Assembly: GCA_951406725.2 (NCBI GenBank)
Contig: OX597815.1
Location: 127,348,001-127,412,000, forward strand
Direction of reading: 5' to 3'
DNA from: Octopus vulgaris
Lineage: Eukaryota
Length of the DNA: 64,000 nt
The translations under genes and the position numbers were made by a program. Below the pieces are notes generated by a model. The model searched no databases. It was not told the origin of the DNA and saw only the letters and a program-made list of their open reading frames with translations. Below are positions 11,334 to 23,327 of the stretch, piece by piece. The first letter of the stretch is position 1. Every line of letters begins with the position of its first letter.

Positions 11334-13247
11334 TCAGGCTGAGTAAGAAGTAAGCAACATTTTGAAACATGAAATTCATTACAATATATTTCAACAATGT
11401 GGAAATTTTATTCATCAATGTAAGTACTATTACAATCAACATATTTTTGCCAACGAGTTACAAGTTTGGGATCTTTTCACTTTGACCAGCAGATTTTAAA
11501 AATAATTTCTATGTAACTAAAAAATTTTTAACTTCATATACTGGTAGAATGTGTTTATAAAACATCTTTTTCTCTTGGCTTTCTTGAGAAAATTCTGTAG
11601 TTTGTAAGCTGTTTCCTCTTTAATTTCTTAATTTTTGGCATTTTCAACCAATCAATGACGTCTATTGAGGTGAAAACAATATCTGCCAAAGTCTGTCAAC
11701 AAAAATGTTTTGCGGTGTCATATGAAAATGCCCCTGCTATTTATGAGAAAAAAGATAACCTGTGGTCATAAACTGAGGGGTCACTTGTAAACAGAGCTGG
11801 ATAACAAAACCGTTCCCTTTTTAGTGTCCACCCATAATTATGACCCTAGTATCGATCTAGTGCATTTCAATCTGTTTTAGGGTTAGGGTAAGAGTTAGGG
11901 TTAGGGTTAGGGGTGGGGGGAAGGGCATCTTTTTTTCTTCAGAAATGTAAATAAACCCAATCTGTTTCTTAAACGAATATATAATATGTAATGTGTGCAA
12001 CAGAGAGGAATATTAAAACTGCATATGTTGTGAACTTAGAATATATGTTTATTAATAAAAGTTCAATAATGATAATCTTTTATTCATACGAACGTAACTG
12101 ATATGAAATATGTCATAAATAGCAGGGACATTTTCATATGACACCGCAAAAAGTTGTTGTTGACAGACTTTGGCAGATATTGTTTTCACCTCAATGGACG
12201 TCATTGATTGGTTAAAATTGCCAAAAATTAAGAAATTAAAGAGGAAATAGCTTACAAACTACAGAATTTTCTCAAGAAAGCCAAGAGAAAAAGATGTTTT
12301 ATAAACACATTCTACCAGTATATGAAGTTTAAAAGTGTTTAGTTACAAAGAAATTATTTTAAAAATCTGCCGGTCATAGCGAAAAGATCCCAAGTTTGGG
12401 ATGTAGGAGTAGCAGTTTTTCATTCATTTTGGCAATTTCATGGCAATATGTTTCTGTAGTAATGTTGTTTCCAGGTTTTAAGAATTTATAGTTGATGAGT
12501 CCAGCAGTACACCATCAAACAGTCACCATAACCTTCTTTTTGAAGAGCTCGGATTTAAGAAAGTTTTTTGGTGCTTCATTTTGGTTCAACCACTGCGAAA
12601 AATGTGCTTTATTATTGTACAGAATCCACTTTCCATTGCAAGTTACAATACGGTCGAAAAATGGATTTCTCTGGTTACAAAGAAGTGATGAGCAAATTTC
12701 ATATCTACGCATTTTCTGATTTTCATTCTAATCATATGGTATCCATTTGTGGAGCATGTTTGATTTACCAATCGTATGCAAATGGTTGCAGGCAGTTTTC
12801 TCACTAACTTGAAGTTCTTTTGCCAGTTCTCAAATCTTTCTCAGTGACTGTCTTTAATTAACCATCATCAATGACATTATGCTCACAATCTTCAAGGTTG
12901 AGGTCTCCACTGAGAAATCTTTTAAACCATTTACAAGCTGGCCACTCACTGGTCATTTCCTCACCAAATATTTCGTTGATATCACAAGCAGTTTCAGCTG
13001 CTCAATGTCCTTTTTTGAAGTTGAATAGCAGAATTGCTCAAATATCATGCTTTGACAGTTCCATTTCAGATGATTGTAAGAAAGGTGAAAAATTATCAAT
13101 ATTAATTTTTTTATGCATTTGGGCAAGTCTATGTCTGTATTATCAGACAGTTTCAAAAACAATGTTTTAAAAAAATTCAGAACTCTGTAAAAATTCAGTA
13201 CAAATTCTTCATGATTCAAAACATTACTTACTTTTTACTCAGCCTGA
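11334..13247 (-). mobile_element. Mariner DNA transposon, internally deleted pseudogene, TA target duplication
   Basis: TIRs tcaggctgagtaa.aagtaag / cttactttttactcagcctga flanked by TA; ATG at 13064 (MELSKHDI..FNFKKG), FDRIVTCNGKWILYNN, KKVMVTV, KLVTRWQK. Confidence 0.9.
11468..12391. mobile_element. Non-autonomous DNA element with about 280 bp TIRs, 6 bp direct flank aagttt and internal (TTAGGG)n-like tract
   Basis: 11468-11745 mirrors 12114-12391; aagttt at 11462-11467 and 12392-12397. Confidence 0.88.
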
Positions 13248-14061
13248 TACTAAATCATAACCCACCAGCTTGACAGCTTCCCAAGAGCATGAAATTCTTG
13301 ATTCCTATGCTTGTATGTCAGAAAACTGTGGAATAACAAAGTGGAAGGTGAAGATGGCCTACCAGCAAAGCTCTTTAAGAGCTGTTCTGATACCATGACA
13401 TGATGGCTGCACAGGATTATCAGCTGCATCTGGGAATCCAAAGAAATCCCACAAGGTTGGATTGATATGATCCTTTTGCCATTCTACAAGAAAGGTGGCA
13501 GATATGTTTGCCACTAACATGGCATAAGCCTTATTTATGTCACATCAAAGATCTTCACAACTCTCTTTCTGAGAGTACATGACAGAAGAACCCGGCCAAA
13601 CCAATGTGGTTTGCAATGAAGAAGAGGATGCACTGATCAGATTTTCATCCTATGCTGAGTCCTGGAACAAGACTGGTGCTATCAACAGGCCACCATATTC
13701 TACTTTGCTGGCTTTGCGGCAGCCTTTGATTCAATGGACTATACCAGCTTATAGGAAGTCATAAGGCGAGATGCTTTTCCAACCAAGCTCCTAAACCTTA
13801 TTCATGTGTTTTATGCCAACACAAGTACCAGAGTGTGGTGCTACATACATACATGCATACATGCATACATGCACGCATGCATACATACATATATATGGTT
13901 ATCTTGCTTGTCTATGAATTAAAGGTGTTTTAACACACACCAGGCCAAGTGATAAGAATATTTTCTCTTATGCCTTTAATCACAGCCTTCCCACAAGCTA
14001 GCAAAACACATACTTTGGATGTGTTCAATATTGTTTATATCCCTCAGGCTGCTCTTCATTG

Positions 14062-14107
<46 letters not shown>

Positions 14108-14224
14108 ATATATATATGGTTTTGTCTCTAATTTAATATAATATAATATTTTACAATAAAATTGGATTCAATCCTAAATCTGATTTTTCCCTGTAAGTTT
14201 GGATTTATTCCCTAATATTTATTA

Positions 14225-14280
<56 letters not shown>

Positions 14281-14679
14281 ATATGTATATATATGTATAT
14301 ATATATATATGTGACAGTTATTCGGTAGCCAAGATAAAACTCCGAGTTTCGGATACCGGAACGGAAACCCACACTGGCATCTCTTCTGTTATCGGGCCAT
14401 AGAAAACAATGCTATGAAAATGACCATTAAAACAAAGGGAAATTATTGTGTGATTGACCATGATTAAGACAAAAGAGCTATTAGAATGACCACTAAGTAA
14501 GGGATAAAAATGTTCATAGTAATCGCATAAGCACACATGTCCATACATACACATGCGTGTCCACACACCTATGTACATGCGCCTATATGTATATACTCAT
14601 CCACCTTCACTTGAAACACACACATGCTCACCCACACATTCGCCAAAAATATATACATACCCGCATACACACTCGCGCA

Positions 14680-15285
14680 CACACACACACACACACACAC
14701 ATGTGCACAAAAACGGTTCATACACACATCTATATGCGCACATGCACAAGAAAAAACAGGACTAAAGGCAAAATACAGAAAAAATGTGAAAAAAGTGTAA
14801 AAAATAAGCAATAAGAGTAAGACACCTCTATATACACACATACTTGCAGGCACACACACGTCTAATATATGCACATACCCGCACACGTCTACATACACAC
14901 AAGTGCACAAAAAAAGTTCATACACATTTCTATATATGCACATGCACAAGAAAAAACAGGGCCAAAGGCAAAATACAGAAAAATGTGAAAAAAGTGTAAA
15001 AAATAAGCAATAAGAGTAAGACACCTCTATATACACACATACTTGCAGGCACACACACGTCTAATATATGCACAAACCCGCACATGTCTACATACACACA
15101 CGTGCACAAAAAAAGTTCATACACATTTCTATATATGCACATGCACAAGAAAAAACAGGGCCAAAGGCAAAATACAGAAAAATATGTTGGAAAAGTGTAA
15201 AAAATAGGCAATAAGAGTAAAACATGTCTATATACGCACATACTTGCATGCACACACACACATACGTCTGTATACACACATACTT
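14680..15285. repeat. Tandem repeat, about 200 bp unit, 3 copies
   Basis: catgcacaagaaaaaacagg recurs at 14741, 14941 and 15140. Confidence 0.92.
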
Positions 15286-15287
15286 AC

Positions 15288-15803
15288 CTCTGGTATAGTG
15301 ATTGTATCATTTGGCTTTTCAAATTTTGGATTGTTGTTGTTAATGTCAGTAATATTAATACAAATAGATGTAGTTGAACTTAATGGTGGATTTCCTTCAT
15401 CTTTTGCAGTAACATTGAAACACTTGTATCCTATTTTATTTGTTAAATCTGAAGCAATACTCAGAACACCTGTACCTGGATCCATTTTAAATAACACAGA
15501 TTCCTTTCCTTGTAGTGAGTACTGAACTTTACCATTTTCTCCAATATCTTCATCGGTGGTTGCAACAGTCAAGATAGTTCCTGTTGATATGCTTTCTTGT
15601 ACATTTTCAGAATATTTATCAGACTTAAATACTGGAGGATTGTCATTAACATCAGTTACATTGATTAAGATTGTAGTTGTATTTTCTTTCCATCCAGGTG
15701 TGTTAAAATCATTTTTATAGTCATAGTTATCTTGAGCAGTAATAATAACAGTGTACTTATCCACAGCCTCTCTGTCAAGTTTTGAAATTAACACTATTTC
15801 TCC
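15288..15803 (-). CDS. Cadherin exon 9 (GEIVLISKLDREA...DVNDNPPVF...AKDEG...DINNNNPKF...TIPE); gene continues beyond window
   Basis: tttcag/gtaagt boundaries; ORF 15228..15959; 516 nt, phase 0 to 0. Introns split the EC repeats, so this is not a single-large-exon protocadherin. A cadherin-23/Cad87A-like long cadherin is plausible but unverified. Confidence 0.95.
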
Positions 15804-16312
15804 CTGAAATAGAAACAAAATGATATTAATTAAGGAAATTTTGTATTCACAGAAATTTTCAAAACTACAGTTTATTTTGAAAAGAATTAGTAATGAAAAT
15901 AAAAAGGCATTGGATGCATACCCTGCACACAGATGAATTTTTTCACAAATCATTTTCACAAGAACAGTAAAATATCAGTTGGCAAAAAAATTTGAAAGTT
16001 ATTTTAGAGTGGATTGGAATTAAAATTTTTTTAAAATTACATAAAATGAAGATTCTTCTCCAATTTTTCACTGAAGAATCAGCATGTCCAAAAAAAAAAT
16101 TCTATTTCAATAGTTTTACAGTGAAATGCTAAAATATGAGTTGAAAAATAAAATCAAAAGTTGTTTTGTAAAGTTCAACATACCATTTGCATATGAGTAA
16201 AATTTGCATATCTAAATAAATGATTATTCAAATAATAATAATGATTCTGAAAAAGAAAGTGAACAAAACGAAATACTTATAGAAAATATCGTCAAACTCC
16301 AGTGTTTGACCT

Positions 16313-17155
16313 GAGCAAAAAAAAAAATAGTGCAATAGGTGTAAAACAACATATAAGTAAACAAAAAGGAACAAAAAAATGCACGCTGGTGAATGAGAGT
16401 TGGAGGAGACGACTCAGAAAATTCACACAATCAATTTCACTGGATCCAAAAACTCAGTTAACACCTGGTCACAAAAATTAAGAAAAAATAGAGTAATAGG
16501 TGTATAACAACATGTAGCAAATGAACATGAAAAAATAAAGCGTGCTGGCAAACGGGAGATGGGGGAGACAACTTAGAAAATTCACATCGGGAATGTTCCG
16601 AGTCCTCTCAACACTTCCCCGTTTGTCAACAAAATTTGTTTCCTTCATATTCATTTACTACACACTATTTTACACCTAGTACACTAGTTTTTATTTTTTA
16701 TTTTTATGACCAGGTATTAACGTTGAGTTTTCGGATCCTGTGAGATTGATCGTGTGAATTTTCTGAGTCCTCCTCCTGCTCTCCTTTTGCCAGCACACAT
16801 TTTTTTTTCATATTCCTTTACTACATGTTGTTTTACACCTATTACACTATTTTTTCATTTTTGTGACTGGATTGTGTGAGTTATCCGAGTCTGCACCCTA
16901 CCCCCTACCCCCCTACCCCGTCACAAAAATTGAAAAACCAAATAGTGTACTAGGTGTAAAATAATGTGTAGTAAATGAATATGAAGAAAAAAATTTTGCT
17001 GACAAATGGGGAAGTGGTGAGAGGACTTAGAACACTCCAAATGTGAATTTTCCGAGTCCTCTCCCTTGCCCCCCCTTCTCCAGGGCACATTTTTTTTTCA
17101 TATGTATTTACTACATGTTTTACACCTATTGCACTATTTATTTTTTATTTTGCTC
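16313..17155. mobile_element. Modular foldback element built from about 110 bp subunits in both orientations
   Basis: gagcaaaa..atagtgcaataggtgtaaaac terminal inverted repeat; cagtgtttgacc direct repeat at 16300-16311 and 17156-17167. Confidence 0.75.
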
Positions 17156-17621
17156 CAGTGTTTGACCAAAGAGATTGCACAGAATTTGAGAAGTGTTTTG
17201 AATGTTTTGCAATGATGGCAGGTGAATCAAATGAACTGTAGTTTATTGAGGGATATGAATAATATGGCCACTTGCTTATCAGGAAATCTGAAAGTTTAAT
17301 TTAACAAACATGTTTTTTGTCTTTTAAGTATCACCATTATAGGTATTTTATAACTGGTGAAATTAAGAAATCAACTTGTAAGTAGTCGAAACTCTCAAAT
17401 CCATCACTGCGCACATGCATGCATGCACACACATATGCACACACAAACACACACACAAATTTGCATATCTATGTATTTATTTATGAATCTTTGGAGACAA
17501 TCAAACCAAATTTTCATCATTTTGAGCCACTCAACCAATGATTATTTCTGCCAAATTTTATGAAGTGTTTTGAAAAGGAAAAGAATTAACAACTTAATAC
17601 AAGAAGATATTTAACACTTAC

Positions 17622-17935
17622 AGTTATTTTGTCAATTTTAAAAGGAGAATTTCCACCAGAAACTGTCAGAGTATAACTAACATTCGCATGTATTCCTATA
17701 TCTTTATCAGTAGTTGTTATTGTAGTAATTGTGGTATTTACAGAAGTGTTTTCTGGTACAGGTAATATAGATACAAGGTTCTGAAATTCTGGGGCATTAT
17801 CATTAAAATCTTCAACAACAACAAAAACTGTTGCTGTGGATGATAATGTTGGTAACAAGGAATCACTGGCCACAACATTAAATGTGATGTTTGGATTTTC
17901 TTCACGATCCAGCCCTGCTTTTAATGAAATTTCAC
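17622..17935 (-). CDS. Cadherin exon 8 (EISLKAGLDREE...EDFNDNAPEF...TTDKD...FKIDKIT)
   Basis: tttcag/gtaagt boundaries; ORF 17586..17873; 314 nt, phase 1 to 0. Confidence 0.95.
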
Positions 17936-19057
17936 CTGAAAATTGAAAAAATTTACAATAGACAAAAATGCCATTTTATAGACAAAAATAAAATACTTTA
18001 ATTTTCTGAGTACTTAATTACAAATGTTAACCAAGCCAACAGTCATACTGAATAGAAGTACTTATTTCTTCATATGATTCCTTGAAGAATTAAGTAACTC
18101 TAAATAATAGTTCAATTTGTTAAATATAAAAGTCAAATCTCCTTCAAATCATAACCTGTAGTCTTGAAAAACTGGACATGTTATATAATGCATACCAATG
18201 CTCAGGAGAAAGAGAAGATGGTCATTGCTGGAATACCTTTAATCATTGGTCTGCTCAATTTAAAGATGATCTGAAGTTAAACAACACCAATCGCCCCCTC
18301 CTAGTAAATTCTTCAGCTATCTTCAGCCTGGAAATATATGTTCTTGAACAGGACAAACCAAAGCAGACAGTTGCTACACTGGCTTTTCATCGATCAGTAG
18401 GATAAACCACAACAGACATTTCATTATGTAACCAAGCAGAATGTTTACTTCCTTCTTTCATTTAGCTATTGGAAATAAATACCAGATCATCTAATAATTG
18501 AAATTTCTATTTTATTTGCTTGGACAGAGAATTTGTTGGCGCAGAGAATTTTACACTTGGAAAACCCCCATAAGACTGGTGAGATTGATGCCATGAATGA
18601 TCCATTGAAGGCCAGCATTACAGGAAAGGCAAAAAACAAGGAGAAGAGTCCAAAGAGTGGAGAAAAGGGTAGCAGAGACAGCATGGCTGAGAACCAAAGG
18701 CTGGAAAGGGTCCATTAGTGATGGAGTGTCAATCAGCTAAATGATCTTTCTCTGGATGCAATCCAGCATATCAGTATGCATAGCAGTATCACTGTCCAAT
18801 GTGAGAGCAATATCCCATGGTGGACCTCATTTGCACCTTGTAGATGGTTGACTTGTATCATATTATCAACTGTTTCAAGCATCACTACTCAAAAGTCCAT
18901 TTAAGACATACAGACATTTACAATTACCCAGTAAAACAATATCAACAGTAACAGCAATTGAAATTTCATAAAGTAAAACATACTAAAAATTGTTTTTAAT
19001 TGCTTTGAAACTAGAAAAACAGTAATTAAAAGAAATTAAAAGAAAATATATATGTAC

Positions 19058-19258
19058 CAGTTTTATTGTTAATGCCAAACTTGTCAGAACTGTCAAGAAC
19101 TTCATATGTTACAAAGTCATTTTTGTCATCATCAGTGGCTGTAAGTGTTGCAATAATGCTTCCGACAGGATAGTTTTCAACCAAATTTAGTAATGTAAAA
19201 TTTTCTCTAAAAACTGGGTAACAATCATTTATATCCTTGACTGTAATTGTCAAAAATC
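19058..19258 (-). CDS. Cadherin exon 7 (FLTITVKDINDCYPVF...ATDDD...FGINNKT)
   Basis: cctcag/gtacat boundaries; ORF 19026..19316; 201 nt, phase 1 to 1. Confidence 0.92.
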
Positions 19259-20231
19259 CTGAGGAAAGAAAAAGAGAGTACTTTGCGATTAATTTAGAAA
19301 TTATCATTTTCTCCAATAGTTCATTGTATAATTAATTCATTAAAGGATTTAAAGTTTATCAAATATTCCTACTATATTTTATGCTCTATTTTATAACTGT
19401 AAATATGAAAGAGAAAAGATTATTGAACAAATGTTGAATTTTTTTTTTATGTGTCTGTTACGAGAAAAGACAATTTTATGAATGTAAGATTATCGTTTTG
19501 GAATTGTTAGTTGATTTGATGATGCTATTTACTTCAATGATGCAAATATATCCCTAGCTTGAGTATTGTATGCTCATTTTAACAAGAACTGCATAAAAGT
19601 TTCATTACTATGAGCTTAAAAATGAAAAGACAAGTGTTGAAATTATAAGCTTATTTTTTAAATTTAAAATAGGTGTTGCAGAAACATTTTTATTTGATTA
19701 AGGAGAAAGGGACAGTGGGACAGTAAAAGATAATTTGCAGTAGATGAGAATGAGCTAATTTTTGCAATAAATTATAGAGTAACTATAAACTTCTGTAACA
19801 TACCCTAAAAAGTTGAGTTTGCCATTGAACTTAGATAATATTCATAGGAATCTCCATTAATTGGTTTACAAATTCTATATTACAAGTCAAAATTTAATGT
19901 TATTTTGTCATTACACTTTTGCATATTTATTCTAAACGATGATGATGATGATGATGATTCTGGTGTTTACTATTTATTTATTTGCACTTTTATATGCTGT
20001 ATTTACCAAAACCTTTTGATTTTTTTTATTTCTTTTCCATAAGAAAATGTTTTGTGATGTGATACTAAATATTTAATGACCAAGGCACCGCCTATTCAGA
20101 TAGCAGAAATTAAGCAAATGTGTTCTCTTGCACTAGGTTAGAGGTAATAAGTCAAGCAAGCAACTGGACAAAATGGCTAAAGAAAGATGATGACGACGAC
20201 GACGACAAGAAGAAGAAGCAGCAGCAGCAGC

Positions 20232-21248
20232 ACAGAAAAAGCTAAGTGCATGAAAACCCGTGCTAAAACTGCTGCCTTAGATATTCTGAATGATAAATGG
20301 CAAGAAAAACCTCTCAATGGCAAATACCCAAAGAGAGCAAATAATGCAGATATTGACAAAGCTCTGACCCATCAATGGCTAATGGCCTCTGTCTTAAAAT
20401 CTGAAACAGAAGGGTTTATCATAGCAGCTCAAAATCAATGCCTACCTACAAGGAACTACCAAGCCAACATATTAAAGAACGGCAGTAGCCCAACATGTCG
20501 TGTATGTCAACAACAAAATGAAACCATTGATCATGTTGTCTCCAAGTGCAGTCTTCTTGCACCTACAGAGTATCTCAACAAGCATGATAGAGCTGCACAA
20601 TATATTCACTGGGTAATTTGCAAAAGCCTGGACTTGCCCCATGATAAAAACTGGTGGGAACACAAACCACCTCCAGTGCTTGAAAATGACCACATCTCAC
20701 TCCTCTGGAACTTCACCATTCAAACTGACAGAAAGATAGATGCGAATAGGTCAGACATCATAGTAAAAGACTTCAGACATAGTAAAAGACTTCATTGATA
20801 TGACTGTCCCAATCAATATAAACATATCTGTCAAGACCTACCAGAAACTGAGCAAATATAAAGATCTGGAAATAGAAATCAGCAAAATGTGGAACCTGAA
20901 GACTAAAACAATACCTGTTGTCATAGGTGCCCTGGGAATGATAGCAAAAGGGGCTGATTGCTCCCTAACTCAGATAACAGGAAACCCAAAAATGGCAGAA
21001 TTTCAAAAGATAGTGCTCATGGGAACTGCTTATATCCTACGCAAAATACCTTCTATGTAATCTCAAGTTTTAAAACAAACATAATTTTTGTATGGTTTTT
21101 TAGACATTCACTAGTACAACACTAAGTACAAAACCAAATATATGGTACCCTAGGCATAACACCAACACGAACTTCCAACTAGTCTCTTGAGGTCTCTGGG
21201 TGAGACTTGGAGCCAGCTTGTGCAAATGTAAAACAAAAGTCAAACATA

Positions 21249-21249
<1 letters not shown>
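20232..21249 (+). mobile_element. R4/Dong LINE 3' fragment with CCHC motif and RLE; (AAT)n tail
   Basis: ETEGFIIAAQNQ, CRVC..ETIDHVVSKC, KHD, RSDII, KYKDLEIEI, PVVIGALG. Confidence 0.9.
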
Positions 21250-21304
<55 letters not shown>

Positions 21305-21306
<2 letters not shown>

Positions 21307-21865
21307 TACCAGCCAATGTACTACAGAAGGAATATAAAAGACACCACGACAATATAGCCAGGCTTGTCCATTGGACACTTTGCAACAAGCATGAACTTGA
21401 CAAAGCAAAAATAGAAGTGCAAAGATCCTATGGGATTTTATGATTCAGTGCGACCATGAGATTGAGAATAGGAAGCTGGACATAGTCTTAATTGAGAAAG
21501 AAAACAAACTATGCTGGATCATAGATATAGCATGCCCAGCTGACAACAAGGTATGTGATAAGGAAGAAAGAAAAGTCGAGAGATATGACAGGTTAGCTTG
21601 GGAAGTTAAATAGTTGTGGTCGATGAAAAAGGTAGCAGTAGTACCAATAATTGTCAGAGCCCTGGGAACAGTAAGTAAAAATCTCGAGAAGTACGTGGAA
21701 CAAATAGGGGCTGCAATAAGGGTGGAGCACTTGCAGAAAACAGCACTGCTTGGAACCGCTAGAATACTCCGGAAGGTGCTCAAAAAATAAGGTGGTACTT
21801 TAGTTCACTGGTAGTGAACAGCTGACACTGTAGTACATCTCCAGCGTTAGAAGCTGTGCAAAGGC
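21305..21865 (+). mobile_element. R4/Dong LINE 3' fragment, same family as 31770-34770
   Basis: KILWDFMIQCDH, IIDIACPAD, LQKTALLGTARILRKVL; flanked by (AAT)n. Confidence 0.85.
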
Positions 21866-21890
21866 AACAATAACAACAACCACAACAATG

Positions 21891-21942
<52 letters not shown>

Positions 21943-21979
21943 CAATAATAATAATAATAACAATAATAATAATAATAAT

Positions 21980-23327
21980 TTGGATAAAAACAAGTTAGCA
22001 AATGTTAGGAGGGATATCTTCAGAAATAAAAGACACAATCAAGCATGCAGTGGAAAATGACCAAAATATAAGACAGGAAGGAAATGAAGAACCTGATGAA
22101 GAGAGCAACTCTCCACAAGTCTCAATTGCAAGACTGCCATCAGTCCAGAACACACAAATGTCTGGAGAAATAAACTGTAATGAACCTAATAAAGATAGCA
22201 AGGATAGTGGTAAAGAAACAATATTTGAAGACTATACATTTGCTGAAGAACATAGAGAGTCTATGATAGAAATGAAGCAGAAAATCTTGAATAAGCATGA
22301 GTTGTAAGGCATGCCAATATGCATGATAGAGAACCACTTCATAAGCTCTCAAATACAATCCAAAATAGAAAACAAATTAAAATTGGAAGCTATGTAACAA
22401 AGGAAATTATACAAAAACTAGATCTCACTGAATTAAATGAATTATGTACGCAACTGCTAAGACAAGTGAAACCAGTTATATGCCTCTGAAAAAAAACAAA
22501 GAAATATAAACCTAAGAAGAATTCTAAACTGGAAAAGTAAAATTGAAAAAGAGATTAAAATAATGAGAGGTGAAATATCAATATTGAATGAACTAATCTG
22601 TGGAAATGATGAAAAAACCAGAAAAGGAAGAAAGATGAAGAGAAAACAGATTCTCACCGAGAAAAGAACTTCTTTCAGTAAAAGAAACACTGCAACTAAA
22701 AGTCCAAGCAAAAGTTCAAAGAATACTAAAATTTGAGAAGAGAAACATATTTTTCAAGTAAAATAAGCTGTTCACATCCAATGCAAAAACATTCTACAGA
22801 GAAAATAACCATTGAAGACTCTGCTACCATGAAAGAAGTTGAAAAAAGACATGGAAAAATATCTGGAGTAATGAAAAAACTTACAATGAAAATGCAGACT
22901 GGATTAGATGTACAGAAGGATCATACTAAAACTTACCAGAATAAGCATGGGAAGGCATCACTATAGCAGGCCTAAAGATGACACTCACAAAAGCTCATAA
23001 GTGGAAATCCCCTGGTAATGATAGGATACAAAATTTCTGGTTTGCCTTGCTTCCATGCACACATGAAAAGTTAGTCCAGGTATTCAATGAAATTATTAGA
23101 GATCCTATGAAAACACCTGACTGGTTAACAAGAGGTATTACTAATCTACTCCCAAAGAATAATGAAGCCAAATTTCCCCAAAACTATCAGCCCATAACAT
23201 GTCTGGCTACCATGTATTAAATTTTAAAATCCATCCTCATGAAGAAAACATATGAATGTATGGAACAGAGCGATATTTTCCCCACTGAACAAAAAGGATG
23301 TCGATGAGGCTCATATGGATGCAAAGA
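21980..23327 (+). mobile_element. R4/Dong LINE 5' part through early RT, truncated
   Basis: WKSPGNDRIQNFW, PDWLTRGIT, NYQPITCL, EQKGC. Confidence 0.8.

Larger units (their letters stand above)
9808..13840 (-). mobile_element. RTE-like LINE with inverted 5' part (10777-13840 on +, 9808-10776 on -), interrupted by a mariner
   Basis: Minus part: LDYADNVAIL, LLYGFETW. Plus part: GSNH, FQLEIRNRF, FFEE|LLNH, IWES, PFYKKG remnants. Confidence 0.8.

Noticed and set aside
11877-11920. Telomere or chromosome-fusion scar
   Set aside because: Only a few units, located centrally within a TIR element
14569-15277. Hydrophobic repeated ORFs of 161 and 115 aa
   Set aside because: Translations of the 200 bp tandem repeat downstream of a canonical splice donor
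15228-15959. Clustered protocadherin variable exon
   Set aside because: EC repeats are split over many exons with matching phases, and ORF ends outside the splice sites are intronic
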